The notes under the pieces are model-generated. The model was not told the DNA's origin and ran no database searches. It saw only the letters and a program-made list of their open reading frames with translations. The position numbers and the translations under genes were made by a program. Shown piece after piece: positions 18,229 to 29,700 of a stretch of 64,000 nucleotides of DNA. Within the stretch, counting starts at the first letter, position 1; each line of letters begins with the position of its first letter. The stretch lies in the IMG/VR virus record IMGVR_UViG_3300041411_000080, positions 256,859-320,858 of that record. One strand, written 5' to 3'.

Positions 18229-18789
18229 ATGTACTCTATCAAAATCATGTCCCGTGAGAATATGCCAGACGCTGATGTCGGCAAAGGTTTTAAAATGATC
18301 CTTGTTGACGCAGGGGATACATTTGAGTTCGGTCATAATGACCAAGGTGAACCGATTGTTACCGTCAGTGTTAACAAGGGTGAAGAGAGTAGCTGTATTG
18401 AATATCCAGTTACAGGCAATGCCTACGTAATGAGTGAGACAGGTAAGACTGTAGCATCATTCTGGGCGCGTAACAAACAGACCGTTCGAGTTACCATTGA
18501 TCCACGTGATCCTGAACCAGAACGAACCGTAAGTGCTATTCAAGCCGTCGTACGTGAATATAGCGCTGACGGTAAATCGGCATCGCTTGGTCCAGTCGGT
18601 CGGGATTCGTATCAAGTTGCAGTCGATCGATTTACTGTTGCCGATGAGGCGATCACTGACACTACCGATGTAACGACATACAACGCCGAACAACGGTGTA
18701 TGATCTACCGTACTCGTGTAGGTGTACGTATGAGAAACGGTGCAACGCAGGCAGAAGCCATGGCTGCTGAGGCACGTTGGATTCAATAA
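18229..18789 (+). CDS. hypothetical protein
   Basis: Start refined to MYSIKI after GAAGG. Confidence 0.7.
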   Translation: MYSIKIMSRENMPDADVGKGFKMILVDAGDTFEFGHNDQGEPIVTVSVNKGEESSCIEYPVTGNAYVMSETGKTVASFWARNKQTVRVTIDPRDPEPERTVSAIQAVVREYSADGKSASLGPVGRDSYQVAVDRFTVADEAITDTTDVTTYNAEQRCMIYRTRVGVRMRNGATQAEAMAAEARWIQ

Positions 18790-18795
18790 AACGCA

Positions 18796-18833
18796 GCATA
18801 AAGCCCCGGCCTTTCGGTCGGGGTCTTATGTTG
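18796..18833. terminator. bidirectional terminator
   Basis: CCCCGGCC/GGTCGGGG stem with ATAAAG and TTATG flanks between convergent genes. Confidence 0.85.
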
Positions 18834-18836
18834 TCT

Positions 18837-19070
18837 TTAAGCGTAAGCGCTGTTGGCTTCGACTGGTCGAGACCGAACACCGTCTGGCTCGTAACTATCA
18901 CTGGTGACTGCACTGGCAGACTGGTTGAGTTGATAGAACAACCCAACGTCTTCACCTGCGGCTTGGAAGCCTAGCATATTTTTGTATGCGTCAGCTTGAT
19001 CCGTAACCGCCGATGGAGACTTACCTGTGTATTGGGTTTGCACCCTTTGCAGCGGATACGTATTAGCCAT
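18837..19070 (-). CDS. small protein co-translated with the tail tube
   Basis: 77 aa; TAATG coupling. Confidence 0.7.
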   Translation of the reverse strand: MANTYPLQRVQTQYTGKSPSAVTDQADAYKNMLGFQAAGEDVGLFYQLNQSASAVTSDSYEPDGVRSRPVEANSAYA

Positions 19071-19945
19071 TAGTCAACCCCGTTGTAAGTCACACGGTTA
19101 GTAGCAGAACGCTCAAGTTGTTGCTTGAGGCCGATGTTCGCAGCATTAACGTTGGCACTGATGCCTTCGGTCCAAGTGCGTTGATCGTTAGGGTTCATAC
19201 CACGGATGTTCATACGCTGGAACAGTTCACGAGCATACATGATCACGCCTTCCGATACGTCAGTCATAGCAGCGAACTCAATAGAGAGGTCGAGGTTCTG
19301 ACCAATCTGGGAAGCATCCTTACGGGACTCCCATGGACCGGTAGACATTGGGAACATGTTAGTGCAGAGATATGCACTAGTTACGTCTTGGAAGGTTGGG
19401 TCCGGTTCGATGAACAGTACAGTAGCACCGTAGAAGGTGGCATCGTACTTCTCTACTGGAACGTTACCTTCAGCAACGATACGTGGAACTTTGGTGTTCT
19501 CGTCAGCGATACCGTAGGTGATCCACCAGCGAAGGAAACGCTGAATGGCACGACCTTGCAGTTCCCAGCAACCCAGCGAAGGGTTAGAACGTGCACGGGT
19601 AACGTTGGTAGCTACCTGAATAGCTTCACCCGAACCACCCCAAGGGGCGTCCGCGGTATCAACCTGAATGGTTTGTTGCAGACCATCAATAGTCCGAACG
19701 TGGTTTTCAATCAGGGCTTTGAGAGAACGAACCAGTTGCTTTGGATCTTTCGCATATTGGAAGAACCGAGGTGCCTCCAACAGGAAAGGAATAACGTTCC
19801 GACTTACGTACGGAGTGTTACTCGCAAGGTTAGCCAGGTCTGGACGGAATACGTCTGTACCTGCCTGACTCAAGTTAATGGTGTTCTTCGCCCCACCCGC
19901 GCCGTAACCAGTGACGGGCGCCATTGGATCATTATAGCGTTTCAT
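19070..19945 (-). CDS. tail tube protein (phiKZ gp30-like)
   Basis: 291 aa directly downstream of the sheath; FIEPDPT...AYLCTNMFP motif of jumbo phage tubes. Confidence 0.85.
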   Translation of the reverse strand: MKRYNDPMAPVTGYGAGGAKNTINLSQAGTDVFRPDLANLASNTPYVSRNVIPFLLEAPRFFQYAKDPKQLVRSLKALIENHVRTIDGLQQTIQVDTADAPWGGSGEAIQVATNVTRARSNPSLGCWELQGRAIQRFLRWWITYGIADENTKVPRIVAEGNVPVEKYDATFYGATVLFIEPDPTFQDVTSAYLCTNMFPMSTGPWESRKDASQIGQNLDLSIEFAAMTDVSEGVIMYARELFQRMNIRGMNPNDQRTWTEGISANVNAANIGLKQQLERSATNRVTYNGVD

Positions 19946-19985
19946 TCTTTATTCCTCTAGTAGAGTGCTGTGAGGGAGTTGCCAC

Positions 19986-22094
19986 TTATACAGTGGCAAC
20001 AGTACCTTCAGTAGCAGCTTCACGACGAACAGTTTCCAGCTTGAAGTTCATGACCGTACGTGGGTTGTTAGCCGCTACGGTTACGGTGCAAGTCCAGCTG
20101 AAGCCGTTGTTGTCATCGGTTGGGGTGATCTCAGTACGAGGAGTGATATCTACACGACCGCCGAAGAGGTCACGGGTGATATCCAGAATCTCCTGGTCGC
20201 AGCGCTCTACAAGTTGTTCTTTAGTCAGGGAAGCGTTACCCGAGAACTTGGCGTGGATTCTGTGGATCAGGCGCATGATTACGCAGCAGATGTTCACAGT
20301 AACCGGCGAGAGCAATACCGAAGTATCGTCAAGCATAACCGAGCGGTGGCAAGCGTAGTACTGACGACGCTTATTGTAGGTAGTCGATGTGGTTGCACCG
20401 TTAACCCACAGGTTCGAAGCAACACGAGCATTGAAGAACGGAACGTTCAACGACTTAACGAAGTTAACCTCGTTATTCGGAGATTGGTCCATTTCCATAC
20501 CCGGACGCAGGATACCGTTACCAGCACCAGCATACTTAGCCCAAGCCATTGCAACGTCAAGCACTTGTGGAACACGCTTGTTATAGTTGCTACCCATCAA
20601 CTTACCAGATTGCAGAACAATAGATGCCCGGCAAACAGGGGTACCGTAAAGGGTCGACTCAGGGAAAGCTTTCAGACGAGTCATGATCGCGATGCAACGA
20701 GAAACTTCGTCACTGGTGGACAGGCCACGGGTGTCGGTTTCAACGAAGCTGGTGAACATGCAGTACAGGTCACGACGTGCGCCCAGAACTTGCATCATCT
20801 TGTACTTGGATGCCAGAGGCAAACCGGTATCGTAGATGAAGCCGAACTGATAACGCGCGATGTCTTCGTACTGATCTTCCAGTTGACCGAAGTTGGTGTT
20901 CTCCAGGTCAGTCAGGGCGACATAGTTCTCGAAGCTAGTAGTACCATCGGAACCGCCGGTTGCAAACACAGTAGCGTTCTTACCAAGCAGTACACCGCCA
21001 TCCAGAGCGCCCAGCAGTTGGACGGTCATGTACGGATCACCATCCAGATTCAGCATGGTCAGGAAGTCGATTTGACCCGGACCTTTAACCTGATCACCGA
21101 AAGCTGGGTTAGCCAGCAATTCCGAATCCCAGACAAGCTGTTGAACCATGGAGATGTTTTCGCGATAAACGAAAACTTGGCTGAAAGGCGAGAACATAGG
21201 AGTCAAGCCGTTTTCGATACCGTCATCTTCGTACTGAGCAATCAACACTTCGTCGATGGTCAGGTCACGGTCAGTAGACTCAGAGTAAACGCCTTCATCG
21301 AAGGATACGTTAACGTAGTCTTCACCCAGTGCAGTCTTGATGATCTGCGGGGTGTTCAAACCGTTCATCAGTTCTACGAACTGAACGCGATACATACGGG
21401 TATCGAACTGGTCGGTAGCTTGTTCATCGTAGCCTTCGATATCCAGAGCAGTAGGTGCCCAGATACGCATACCAAGGTTATTACCCAGAGCACCGAAGAA
21501 ACTGGTTGGCAGTTCCATCAGAGGATACATAGTCGACTGAGTGCCATCGATACTCGAAACCATGGTACCAGGCAGAACGCGCTGCATACCGATCTCGGTG
21601 TCGTTGTCTTCAATCAAAACGATACGAGCTTTCAGACCTTCTACAGTGACGTCAGCCAGTGTGCTTACGCCACCGCTACCAGCCAGAGTAGTTGTTTCAG
21701 GATACAGGAAACCGCTCAGGCGAGTTACAGCCTTAGGTACCATATCACGAACGATGTCGATTGCCAGAATCAAACGTGCCGAGTTACCAGCATCTTCTGG
21801 ACGCAGACGTTTTACATAGAAACCATTACCCTGACCCAAGAGGTTCAGAGCAAGAAGCGATTGTTGGTTAAAGTACTTGCTACGTGGATCGAGCGACATC
21901 TGACCATAGATGCCAGCAAAGCCATCATCGGTATCGCCAACGTAAGTGGTGGCGGTCGGACCAGTCTCAGTGAAGAGACGCAGCAAGGGGGTGTGTTGAG
22001 CGTAGGTTTCATCTGGACGAATCAACGCCCGACGACTACGATCGCGAATCCCGTTAAATACTACACGCGGGACCGCATTAGTGAAAGTTGCCAT
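19986..22094 (-). CDS. tail sheath protein (phiKZ gp29-like)
   Basis: 702 aa; N-terminus [18 protein letters not shown] and YDTG motifs of contractile sheaths. Confidence 0.92.
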   Translation of the reverse strand: MATFTNAVPRVVFNGIRDRSRRALIRPDETYAQHTPLLRLFTETGPTATTYVGDTDDGFAGIYGQMSLDPRSKYFNQQSLLALNLLGQGNGFYVKRLRPEDAGNSARLILAIDIVRDMVPKAVTRLSGFLYPETTTLAGSGGVSTLADVTVEGLKARIVLIEDNDTEIGMQRVLPGTMVSSIDGTQSTMYPLMELPTSFFGALGNNLGMRIWAPTALDIEGYDEQATDQFDTRMYRVQFVELMNGLNTPQIIKTALGEDYVNVSFDEGVYSESTDRDLTIDEVLIAQYEDDGIENGLTPMFSPFSQVFVYRENISMVQQLVWDSELLANPAFGDQVKGPGQIDFLTMLNLDGDPYMTVQLLGALDGGVLLGKNATVFATGGSDGTTSFENYVALTDLENTNFGQLEDQYEDIARYQFGFIYDTGLPLASKYKMMQVLGARRDLYCMFTSFVETDTRGLSTSDEVSRCIAIMTRLKAFPESTLYGTPVCRASIVLQSGKLMGSNYNKRVPQVLDVAMAWAKYAGAGNGILRPGMEMDQSPNNEVNFVKSLNVPFFNARVASNLWVNGATTSTTYNKRRQYYACHRSVMLDDTSVLLSPVTVNICCVIMRLIHRIHAKFSGNASLTKEQLVERCDQEILDITRDLFGGRVDITPRTEITPTDDNNGFSWTCTVTVAANNPRTVMNFKLETVRREAATEGTVATV

Positions 22095-22224
22095 CTTTTG
22101 GTTCTCCCAAGTATGGAGCTTTGAACTCGATGTTATGAGTGTTAACTAACAGTCAATCATATTTATTAAACACGATTGATCACACTAGTTAAATTTTACG
22201 ACCTTCAATAAAGGAGATTCGGTA

Positions 22225-23166
22225 ATGCACACGCTACCGTATCAGACTAAAATCTGTAGCATTTATCCACAAAGTCAGCAGGATAAACTTCGACGTGAAG
22301 TGAACAAGGCTGCCCTTAGTGTTCCATTCCCTCAGGTAAAGACCACAGCTCAATACCTGCTTAAGAATTGCCATTTCGTTACTCCGTTGCCAGAACACGA
22401 AGACATCCCTATGTTCACCCAGTATATTGATATTGGGACTCCTGGGGAACCTAAGTTGCTGGTCGACGGACGACAGTTCATGAAGTATGAACCACGCTCT
22501 GGTACATATCGTCTGGTAGCAAACAATGACTGGACTTTCCAATGCATTCGAATGGCTTTGAATACTCGGTTGCTGAAAGGCGACGAGACGATGTTCAGTC
22601 GTTTGGGTGACATGCCAGCTAAGGTATTTAACCGCTGGGTGAGTGGTCCGGTAATCTCTAAGTTTGGTCTGCCAATCGAATCGCAGATGGCGCTTTACGT
22701 AATTACCGCCTACTACTATTACGCAATGTGCATGCCTGAATTGCAAGAAACCGATATCGAGAGCCGTACTGAATTCGCTCCGGTCATTTCTCGTATTACT
22801 GGTGTACCACCTGATTTCGTTATTAACGTTATTGCAGATGTAGGTCCGCTGCGTAATGCTGAAGATCTGGCAGAAGCCATGTCGACTAAGTCTTATCAGG
22901 AACGTACTGGTAAACTGAAGTTCCAAGACATCTACATTCTGTTGGCTAACTCGTGGTTCGGTGTACACGCACGTGAGAACGTTGGCGTTGCATTGGAACA
23001 CTTGCCTACGTACGTTGCAATGCTCTACATGGCGATTGCTGACCGTAGTTATCGTAAGACTGTTATTACCCAGCGTGCGGACACAGTTGCTCGTCCACAC
23101 GAACTGAAAACCTTTACGGATCTTGTGTTCCGTCAAGTGAGCGAGCAATACGAAAACTTTGAGTAA
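22225..23166 (+). CDS. virion structural protein (phiKZ gp28-like)
   Basis: 313 aa; divergent from the sheath as in phiKZ-like synteny; AAGGAG SD. Confidence 0.7.
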   Translation: MHTLPYQTKICSIYPQSQQDKLRREVNKAALSVPFPQVKTTAQYLLKNCHFVTPLPEHEDIPMFTQYIDIGTPGEPKLLVDGRQFMKYEPRSGTYRLVANNDWTFQCIRMALNTRLLKGDETMFSRLGDMPAKVFNRWVSGPVISKFGLPIESQMALYVITAYYYYAMCMPELQETDIESRTEFAPVISRITGVPPDFVINVIADVGPLRNAEDLAEAMSTKSYQERTGKLKFQDIYILLANSWFGVHARENVGVALEHLPTYVAMLYMAIADRSYRKTVITQRADTVARPHELKTFTDLVFRQVSEQYENFE

Positions 23167-23178
23167 GGGTGTGACCAA

Positions 23179-25821
23179 ATGGATAACTATCTCTTGCGCT
23201 ACGCAATTGATAATGTCTGGTGTAACCCAACGCAAGATAAGCAGTTCACGTACGCTCTACAGAAACTTACCCCGCGCTACGGCATCCGGGGTAATTACGT
23301 TGTAGAGCAGACTCGGTATTTCATGCCGACGAACAACAACCGTGACTACTATCATATCTTCCAGATTGGCCAAGTGATCCCAGCGAATATCGGCATGCCG
23401 AAGACGAAGGACACTTGGTTTAACCTGACGACACTTGCGAAGGATCATCTGACATTAGCCCACGTATACCCAGTCAATGGTGTACGTTACAGCATGTCTG
23501 AAACATACGTGATGGTTACCTCTCGGCAGAACCTTTTGGTTGCTGTTAAGATTAACGATCGTTTCCCTGATTTGGAAGACCAACCGATCTTTATGCACCT
23601 TTACCATAATGCCTTCTATGACTCAGAACGCAGTGGTGCAGTTAATCGTCGTTGGCTACATGCTGAATCTATCGTGGCTGCTAACACAGAAGCCATTCGT
23701 CAGTTCCAAATCCGCAACGCTGACCGTATTGCCGCTGATGGCGGAGTCGGTATGTATTTCGTTAACGGTAAACCAGTTAATGAGATTAGTGTTGTAACAG
23801 CTGTACCCGGAGATCACTGTGATTTCATCTTGGACCCAACCATTAAGAAAGTGGTTGACTTTAAGATCCAAGATCTCCAAACGTTTAACAGTACTCTAGA
23901 CACCGAACGTAAATACATCCTGCACTATCCGGGACAAACAGACGTAATCGATTTCTATGATGACTGCACAGCATTGTTGGTTAAGCGCGGCCCTACCCCT
24001 GATCAATTCAAGGGACTTACGTACCACCACAACAAAGGTACTTGGCTGAGACAACTGACCCACAAGGATTACAGTATCTCGGTAAGTAACATCCAGGAGT
24101 TTATTGCAATGACTCCTGAGTGGTCTGGTCTGGATGACATGTACGTTAAGTTGTACATTCGGGATGGTGGCTATAACCGACCTCTGGTTGCAGACTCTCA
24201 TCGGATCTGGGAACTGTATCGACTGACCTCTGCTCAAATCCTTCAGAACATGACGGGTGTTGATGCCACTAACCCATTGTGGCGTGCAGAGAACCTTGAA
24301 CGTTCTTATTACGTTCAGTTCATGTCAGCTCAACCTAGCTTTGTGTATCCAATCACCTACAACGATCCGGCACTTAATAGTGAGGGTAAAGTAGAAGCAC
24401 AAAACTTTGCAGCAGAAGTCTTCGGTTATCACGAATGTGCTAAGCTCATGAACGATAACCCTGCTAAGGTCGTCGTAGACCCCAATACGGGCGTTCGTAT
24501 GGCACAACTGGCGTTCTACTACTGGCGCAATGCAACGTGCTTTGAATACGACGATAAGGGCGTTCTGTTGGAATACCATTATCACGTAGGTGGTAAGGTG
24601 TATGTCCCTAAGAATCCTAATTGCGCAATGGTTGAATGCGTAACCGGTAAAGGTTCTGATAACTTGAACGGTTATTACGGTAACAACGAAGTAGCCTTGA
24701 AGTATGGCTATAACTTCCGCGTTTACGTAACAAAGGTTTGGGGTGGGGTTCCATCGAGTGAATGGCAAGACATTACCGATCTACCGAACCGTGGTGATTG
24801 GGGTTACTTCGTAGACGATCTGTATGCTCCTAAGTGGGTATGGACTGTTCCTGAATCTCAGTGGATGGGTTACCTGCGTACCGATGAATATTTCTACCTT
24901 AAGGAATTCGTCTTCAATGACGATCCGGGTGTTATTCGGTTAGCAATCTCTGCATGGGAACAACAAGGTGGTCAACTGGTTAACAAAACCATGGAGATCC
25001 CTTTTGGTCAGCTCGATACGTTCTTTAACTATCGACCTATTATCCAAGGGCTGGATTATCTCATCGACGGTGAGTTGGTTGGTATCCATAACCTCGAGTA
25101 CCGTGAAAACGGATTGCAAAAGGTTCTGTTGCGGGGTACTGGGTTCTGTTCTCCAGACATGAAACGGTACGATCCAGCTGAGTTTGGTTTCGTTGAATAC
25201 GGGGTGCTGTCTAACGATTCGGACTACCATATCCACTCGCACAAAATGCAGCGGATTATCGTAGATGGTCACTACAAAGACTATCGCGATGTGGTATTCG
25301 AAGAAGACCGTAATGGACGGGTAGTTGAGGGCGAACGTAATGGTTCACCTTATCAGATTCAAACACCACAGGTAACTTTGAAGACCGTCTTTAAAGACGA
25401 TAAGAAAGCCCGCGTGGAAGATGACCTGAGAGATCAACAAACTAGTGAAGCTATGGGTTTCTATTTCCCTAAACGGGATCGACCTAACCCGGACGTGTTC
25501 ACTAACCATTACCATGTCTATTCCGCGTTCTCGAACAAAGTCGTGCAGGATATGCTGAAGGGGCGACTGAAACCTCCTTTTACAAATGGTCGCTACACTG
25601 ACATGGATATCGTGAACACAATGAAGTCGTACGAGTGGCTACAACCACTTGACATCCTTAATCACGATTACAACACCAACCATGTGAAAGTATATCCACA
25701 TTGGAACTCTAGTCCCATCGGGCTGACGCAGGATCAATACGACTTCTATCGTCGTGTTCTGAAACTGTATCTACGCCAAGATATGGAACTGTCTCCATTC
25801 TTCTTCATCACGGGGGCTTAA
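23179..25821 (+). CDS. virion structural protein (phiKZ gp27-like)
   Basis: 880 aa; NVWCNPTQD N-terminus; synteny. Confidence 0.75.
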   Translation: MDNYLLRYAIDNVWCNPTQDKQFTYALQKLTPRYGIRGNYVVEQTRYFMPTNNNRDYYHIFQIGQVIPANIGMPKTKDTWFNLTTLAKDHLTLAHVYPVNGVRYSMSETYVMVTSRQNLLVAVKINDRFPDLEDQPIFMHLYHNAFYDSERSGAVNRRWLHAESIVAANTEAIRQFQIRNADRIAADGGVGMYFVNGKPVNEISVVTAVPGDHCDFILDPTIKKVVDFKIQDLQTFNSTLDTERKYILHYPGQTDVIDFYDDCTALLVKRGPTPDQFKGLTYHHNKGTWLRQLTHKDYSISVSNIQEFIAMTPEWSGLDDMYVKLYIRDGGYNRPLVADSHRIWELYRLTSAQILQNMTGVDATNPLWRAENLERSYYVQFMSAQPSFVYPITYNDPALNSEGKVEAQNFAAEVFGYHECAKLMNDNPAKVVVDPNTGVRMAQLAFYYWRNATCFEYDDKGVLLEYHYHVGGKVYVPKNPNCAMVECVTGKGSDNLNGYYGNNEVALKYGYNFRVYVTKVWGGVPSSEWQDITDLPNRGDWGYFVDDLYAPKWVWTVPESQWMGYLRTDEYFYLKEFVFNDDPGVIRLAISAWEQQGGQLVNKTMEIPFGQLDTFFNYRPIIQGLDYLIDGELVGIHNLEYRENGLQKVLLRGTGFCSPDMKRYDPAEFGFVEYGVLSNDSDYHIHSHKMQRIIVDGHYKDYRDVVFEEDRNGRVVEGERNGSPYQIQTPQVTLKTVFKDDKKARVEDDLRDQQTSEAMGFYFPKRDRPNPDVFTNHYHVYSAFSNKVVQDMLKGRLKPPFTNGRYTDMDIVNTMKSYEWLQPLDILNHDYNTNHVKVYPHWNSSPIGLTQDQYDFYRRVLKLYLRQDMELSPFFFITGA

Positions 25822-25825
25822 CACA

Positions 25826-27487
25826 ATGGCTGATTTTGACAACTCGAACTTTTATAACCCGGATCGAGGTTTTCGTACTTGGCTCAAATCGGATATCCTG
25901 CTTGAAGCAGGGCAAACGAATAAATGGGTTGCCAACGTCAATGACTTGGTAATCAACTACGACAAAGGTTTCGAACGTGTAATCGATGTCGAGTTCGGTA
26001 CATGGGTTCCTACCCTTGAGGATTGGGAACCTAAGAAACACACTGATCCAGACGGTGAAGAAAACGTACTGGTTGGAGTTGGCCCAGGCTATAGCTCCGA
26101 GTCGTATCGTTGCTTTATCGACACTTCCGTTACCCCACACGTTCTTGCACCCGATGCACGTCTCCATTTCTATGGTTCGATGATTGCCTCGTATGCGGTG
26201 TTTAAAGGTAGTGACATTGACAGAGACACTGGGGAAATGATTTCGGCCTTCTACGACCCCTCTGGGAACTTCGTAGGGCCATTCATTCCCGTTGAGTCCG
26301 CTACTATCACAGGTCAGGTAGTTTCGACTATCAAATCTCCGATGGTTGGCTTCTCTACAGTTGACTTGGAAGATGGCGAACGTGTAACACTGGTTGCTTA
26401 CGACAGTAAAGAAGGCGTGGTTAGCTACGCTCAATTGCTGGTCATGAACACTCAGGTATTGCGTCAGACTGACCAATCGAAACGTTACGTTGAAGGTATT
26501 CAGATTGATACTCCTTTCCTCTCGGCTTCTGATCCTAAGGTTATTGAATTCCCATTGAACGTAATGGTGAAGTCTCTGCCGATGCAAGGGTTGGTCAAGT
26601 ATCGTGGTGGTAAGCAGGTGCGTCTGGACGTAGGTATCCCACCAATGAGTATTCTTGGGTTGGAGAACTACGTAGCTACAGCAGAGGGCCAAGAGTTCCC
26701 AATGACTCTTCGCTACCAACTTGCAGCTGACGAGATCAGTTACAAGAACGTACCTACTGTCGACCGTGCTATTACCGAAGAGTATATCGCTCGAACCGTA
26801 CCAGCAGACAATGCTTATAGCTGCCGTCTGTTTGTATACCCTACTTGGGTCAACGCAGCCATTGGCTACCGTCTGGAGTTCTGGCTGTACAACTTGGATC
26901 GTCAACGCTACTACAACGTTACACCTTACGTTGAACTGGGTGTTAACTCCGCTCCATATCGTCCACGTGCTTACGGTGAGCTTCAAACGCTGACCTACGC
27001 TATCAACCTGAATAAGGTAGATGGTCGATTTGCACCATTCCGGTATGTGAGTGAATTCCAGATTGCATTGCTTAACTCCGGTGAAGGTAACGCTAACTGG
27101 GAAGTCTACCCACGTCCTAACGTTGATGCTGCTTATGGCCGGGATCTGAAAGCAGATGTCGATTACGTAGCTACCAACATGTGGGATCTTCGTTTGGCTA
27201 ACGGTGCACAGTCTAAGACTCAGTGGCTGCAACGTATGTACTACAATGCAGAACCTTTGGTCAATACTGAGGTAGAAGAGTTCCCTCCTGAGCCTACCCA
27301 CTTCATCCTGCACTTCTTGCATAACCAATACAAGTTCAGTGTAGATCAGTGGCAAGACATTCTGCGAGTGAACAACGATTTGAACAACGGTGAACTCATG
27401 GGTATCCAATGGGTTCGTGAAATGTTCGATACCGATCTTCAACTGGCTTACACGGGAGTACCAATCTTCCGTCGTTCTAATCCGTAA
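25826..27487 (+). CDS. virion structural protein (phiKZ gp26-like, putative baseplate)
   Basis: 553 aa beta-rich; synteny between gp27-like gene and terminase. Confidence 0.72.
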   Translation: MADFDNSNFYNPDRGFRTWLKSDILLEAGQTNKWVANVNDLVINYDKGFERVIDVEFGTWVPTLEDWEPKKHTDPDGEENVLVGVGPGYSSESYRCFIDTSVTPHVLAPDARLHFYGSMIASYAVFKGSDIDRDTGEMISAFYDPSGNFVGPFIPVESATITGQVVSTIKSPMVGFSTVDLEDGERVTLVAYDSKEGVVSYAQLLVMNTQVLRQTDQSKRYVEGIQIDTPFLSASDPKVIEFPLNVMVKSLPMQGLVKYRGGKQVRLDVGIPPMSILGLENYVATAEGQEFPMTLRYQLAADEISYKNVPTVDRAITEEYIARTVPADNAYSCRLFVYPTWVNAAIGYRLEFWLYNLDRQRYYNVTPYVELGVNSAPYRPRAYGELQTLTYAINLNKVDGRFAPFRYVSEFQIALLNSGEGNANWEVYPRPNVDAAYGRDLKADVDYVATNMWDLRLANGAQSKTQWLQRMYYNAEPLVNTEVEEFPPEPTHFILHFLHNQYKFSVDQWQDILRVNNDLNNGELMGIQWVREMFDTDLQLAYTGVPIFRRSNP

Positions 27488-27505
27488 GAACGCAAAAAAA
27501 AATAA

Positions 27506-27543
27506 GGCATAAGCCCTCTCCAATCGGAGAGGGCGTTATGTCG
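27506..27543. terminator. bidirectional terminator
   Basis: GCCCTCTCC-aatc-GGAGAGGGC, flanked by GGCATAA and TTATGTCG. Confidence 0.85.
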
Positions 27544-27544
27544 T

Positions 27545-27712
27545 TTAGCAGTAGATCGACATGTAAGCTCGATTCTGTCGGTCCATGAATCCTGACAGAT
27601 GAAGTTGACGTGCTCGGATGATAGCACGACGAGTGATAGCCATATCTTGCGCAGCCTCACCCACGATACGAATCAGATACTTCCGCTTATTTTTATTAAG
27701 CTTATTTGCCAT
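27545..27712 (-). CDS. small basic protein, distant SKGK-family member
   Basis: Manual translation MANKLNKNKRKYLIRIVG...(55 aa); GAGGA SD; below the ORF-track cutoff. Confidence 0.7.
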   Translation of the reverse strand: MANKLNKNKRKYLIRIVGEAAQDMAITRRAIIRARQLHLSGFMDRQNRAYMSIYC

Positions 27713-27728
27713 CTTTTAAATCCTCAGG

Positions 27729-28070
27729 CTAATACGGTTGTTGATATTGCAGCTCACGCTTGAAGTACGGTTGATACTCAGCCATCAACGATACGAGTCG
27801 GTTGTGCCGAGAACGAACTACAGCTGCATGACGTTTTGACCCTTGGCTCACTGCGCGATCTAGATCACAGAAGCTCAGAAGAAATGTGGAATAAACGACG
27901 TCATTCTCATCCTTCTTAAATAAGCGATTGATCACCCGACGTTTCCGATAGTACTCCAGTCGCTTTAACCAGATCCCACCTGTCTCAGGGAAGAATTTAA
28001 TAATACCCAGTGCAACGATAAGAGCGAACGCAGTTAAAGCAATCAGGTGGTAGGGGATGGTTCCGAGCAC
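27729..28070 (-). CDS. membrane-anchored hypothetical protein
   Basis: N-terminal TM segment. Confidence 0.65.
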   Translation of the reverse strand: MLGTIPYHLIALTAFALIVALGIIKFFPETGGIWLKRLEYYRKRRVINRLFKKDENDVVYSTFLLSFCDLDRAVSQGSKRHAAVVRSRHNRLVSLMAEYQPYFKRELQYQQPY

Positions 28071-28312
28071 GGCAGTGGTTCCGAATAGATGTGAAGTTCA
28101 GGTGAACCCGAATCGCTTTCACGAAAAGAGAATTGACCTTGTTCCAAACCGAGATGCATAACGACCATAACCATCTCGGCCATATCAAGTTTACGTGGTA
28201 ATCCGATACGCCACTCACGACGATTACCAGTAGCTACGGGATTCCATTCAAGTGAATCAATGGAGACACGTAGTTTACTAATGAGGTCGGGGTGATCAGA
28301 GAGCATACCCAT
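28043..28312 (-). CDS. hypothetical protein
   Basis: Start refined to MGMLSD. Confidence 0.55.
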   Translation of the reverse strand: MGMLSDHPDLISKLRVSIDSLEWNPVATGNRREWRIGLPRKLDMAEMVMVVMHLGLEQGQFSFRESDSGSPELHIYSEPLPCSEPSPTT

Positions 28313-28313
28313 A

Positions 28314-28805
28314 TTAATCCACCGGCAGATTGATGCGCGAAATAACAGTGAAAGCCCTTTGAAGGATTTCACGCTGGAGACCTTTTTCAGACAAAGAGTA
28401 CAGTTGATCCAACCGTGCCACATCTGCCCATTCGGTGATTACTCGACCACTAACCTTCATCACCTGAACCGAACTAGCCGCTTGGTAGACCCGCACATTG
28501 ATTTTTTCGGGCTGGCGGCTGATCTGGTTATCGTGCATGAAGTCAAACGAATCGACCTGCTCAATAAGATCTGATTCACCATCTTCCCACTGCAAACTGA
28601 TCGCGTTGGCGTAGGGGTAGACCTTCTTAGTAACTGAAGTATCCACAGTCACAGACATTTTGAAGTTACGCATCGCGGTTGCAAAGTCTGGTACATGTAC
28701 AGAGACTGTAGGCTGGTTGCCAGGGAACGCATCGAACAAAGCCACGTGTGGCAGCAAATTGCAGTCAAGTTTAGGTGTAATCAAAATGAGATAATCTTTT
28801 TCCAT
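28314..28805 (-). CDS. hypothetical protein
   Basis: Start refined to MEKDYL, just after the upstream stop. Confidence 0.65.
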   Translation of the reverse strand: MEKDYLILITPKLDCNLLPHVALFDAFPGNQPTVSVHVPDFATAMRNFKMSVTVDTSVTKKVYPYANAISLQWEDGESDLIEQVDSFDFMHDNQISRQPEKINVRVYQAASSVQVMKVSGRVITEWADVARLDQLYSLSEKGLQREILQRAFTVISRINLPVD

Positions 28806-28806
28806 G

Positions 28807-29211
28807 TCAGATATCGCCTTCAGCTTTGTAATAGTCTTTTGGGGCATCATGTTGATTCATGTAAGCGTAGTGCTCAATCATGTTACGATGATTCTTGGTG
28901 TACTCGGAGCAGAACGATTCTGTAATACCACGCATGTCTTCAGCCCACTTATCGTAGCTGATCTCACCCGGCTTAATCCCCGAAAGGATCTCATTCAATC
29001 GAGGGATGATTTCCGAGACATATTCACATTTAATGAACGGTAACCATGGAAGATCATCGTACAGCTGGGTGATCATGTTCATGGACGCTTCTAAGCTGTA
29101 CTCTTCAGCATCGAATACACTCACAAGACCAGCATAGCAACTACCATGACGATCGAACGACACCAGTGCGAAGTCACGCCTTATTTTGAACGAGTCTACT
29201 TTAATCGACAT
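28807..29211 (-). CDS. hypothetical protein
   Basis: Start refined to MSIKVD after AAGGGA. Confidence 0.65.
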   Translation of the reverse strand: MSIKVDSFKIRRDFALVSFDRHGSCYAGLVSVFDAEEYSLEASMNMITQLYDDLPWLPFIKCEYVSEIIPRLNEILSGIKPGEISYDKWAEDMRGITESFCSEYTKNHRNMIEHYAYMNQHDAPKDYYKAEGDI

Positions 29212-29221
29212 TGCATGTCCC

Positions 29222-29473
29222 TTAGTGCTGATATTGATAGTGCATGATACGCGGTTCAGTTTCGGCTTCGAAAGCGTCACCGATGCAATGCCATTCCCAG
29301 TCATTGTCACGAGGGTCCATCTCAATCGGGCAACCGCCGCCATCACGGAGAGCCTGATCTTGATTGAACCCATGCATGAGTTGTTCACACTTACTTTGAG
29401 TTGGGGCACACATGAGAACCATGGTCACCATACCCGAACTTTGGTCATCACGTTTAGCGAGAAACAATCTCAT
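29222..29473 (-). CDS. hypothetical protein
   Basis: 83 aa; AAGGA SD. Confidence 0.7.
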   Translation of the reverse strand: MRLFLAKRDDQSSGMVTMVLMCAPTQSKCEQLMHGFNQDQALRDGGGCPIEMDPRDNDWEWHCIGDAFEAETEPRIMHYQYQH

Positions 29474-29483
29474 TATTGAATCC

Positions 29484-29690
29484 TTAGTTATTATGATCGA
29501 GTGCAGCCAGAACCATCTGACGACCTACGTGTGCACCGGCTTGATACATGCCATCACACCATGCCTTGTCAAACGGATTAGTAATTTTGTGCAGTCCCAT
29601 GTAATCATAGAACTGTTGACCCCAACGAGTACCGAGCGCCTTGTCATAGACGAATCGATAGTACGTTGAGGCCGGGACAGTCATCGCCAC
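29484..29690 (-). CDS. hypothetical protein
   Basis: 68 aa; AAGGAG SD, GTG start. Confidence 0.65.
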   Translation of the reverse strand: MAMTVPASTYYRFVYDKALGTRWGQQFYDYMGLHKITNPFDKAWCDGMYQAGAHVGRQMVLAALDHNN

Positions 29691-29700
29691 TTTTAACTCC

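Noticed and set aside
20214-22124. Long + strand ORF (636 aa), and similar long antisense ORFs at 6296..7225, 19118..19960, 22234..23235, 25808..27523, 39332..40915 and 44165..45019
   Set aside because: They are antisense shadows of well-supported genes (sheath, PhuZ, tube, NrdA/B), explained by codon bias; no recognisable motifs.
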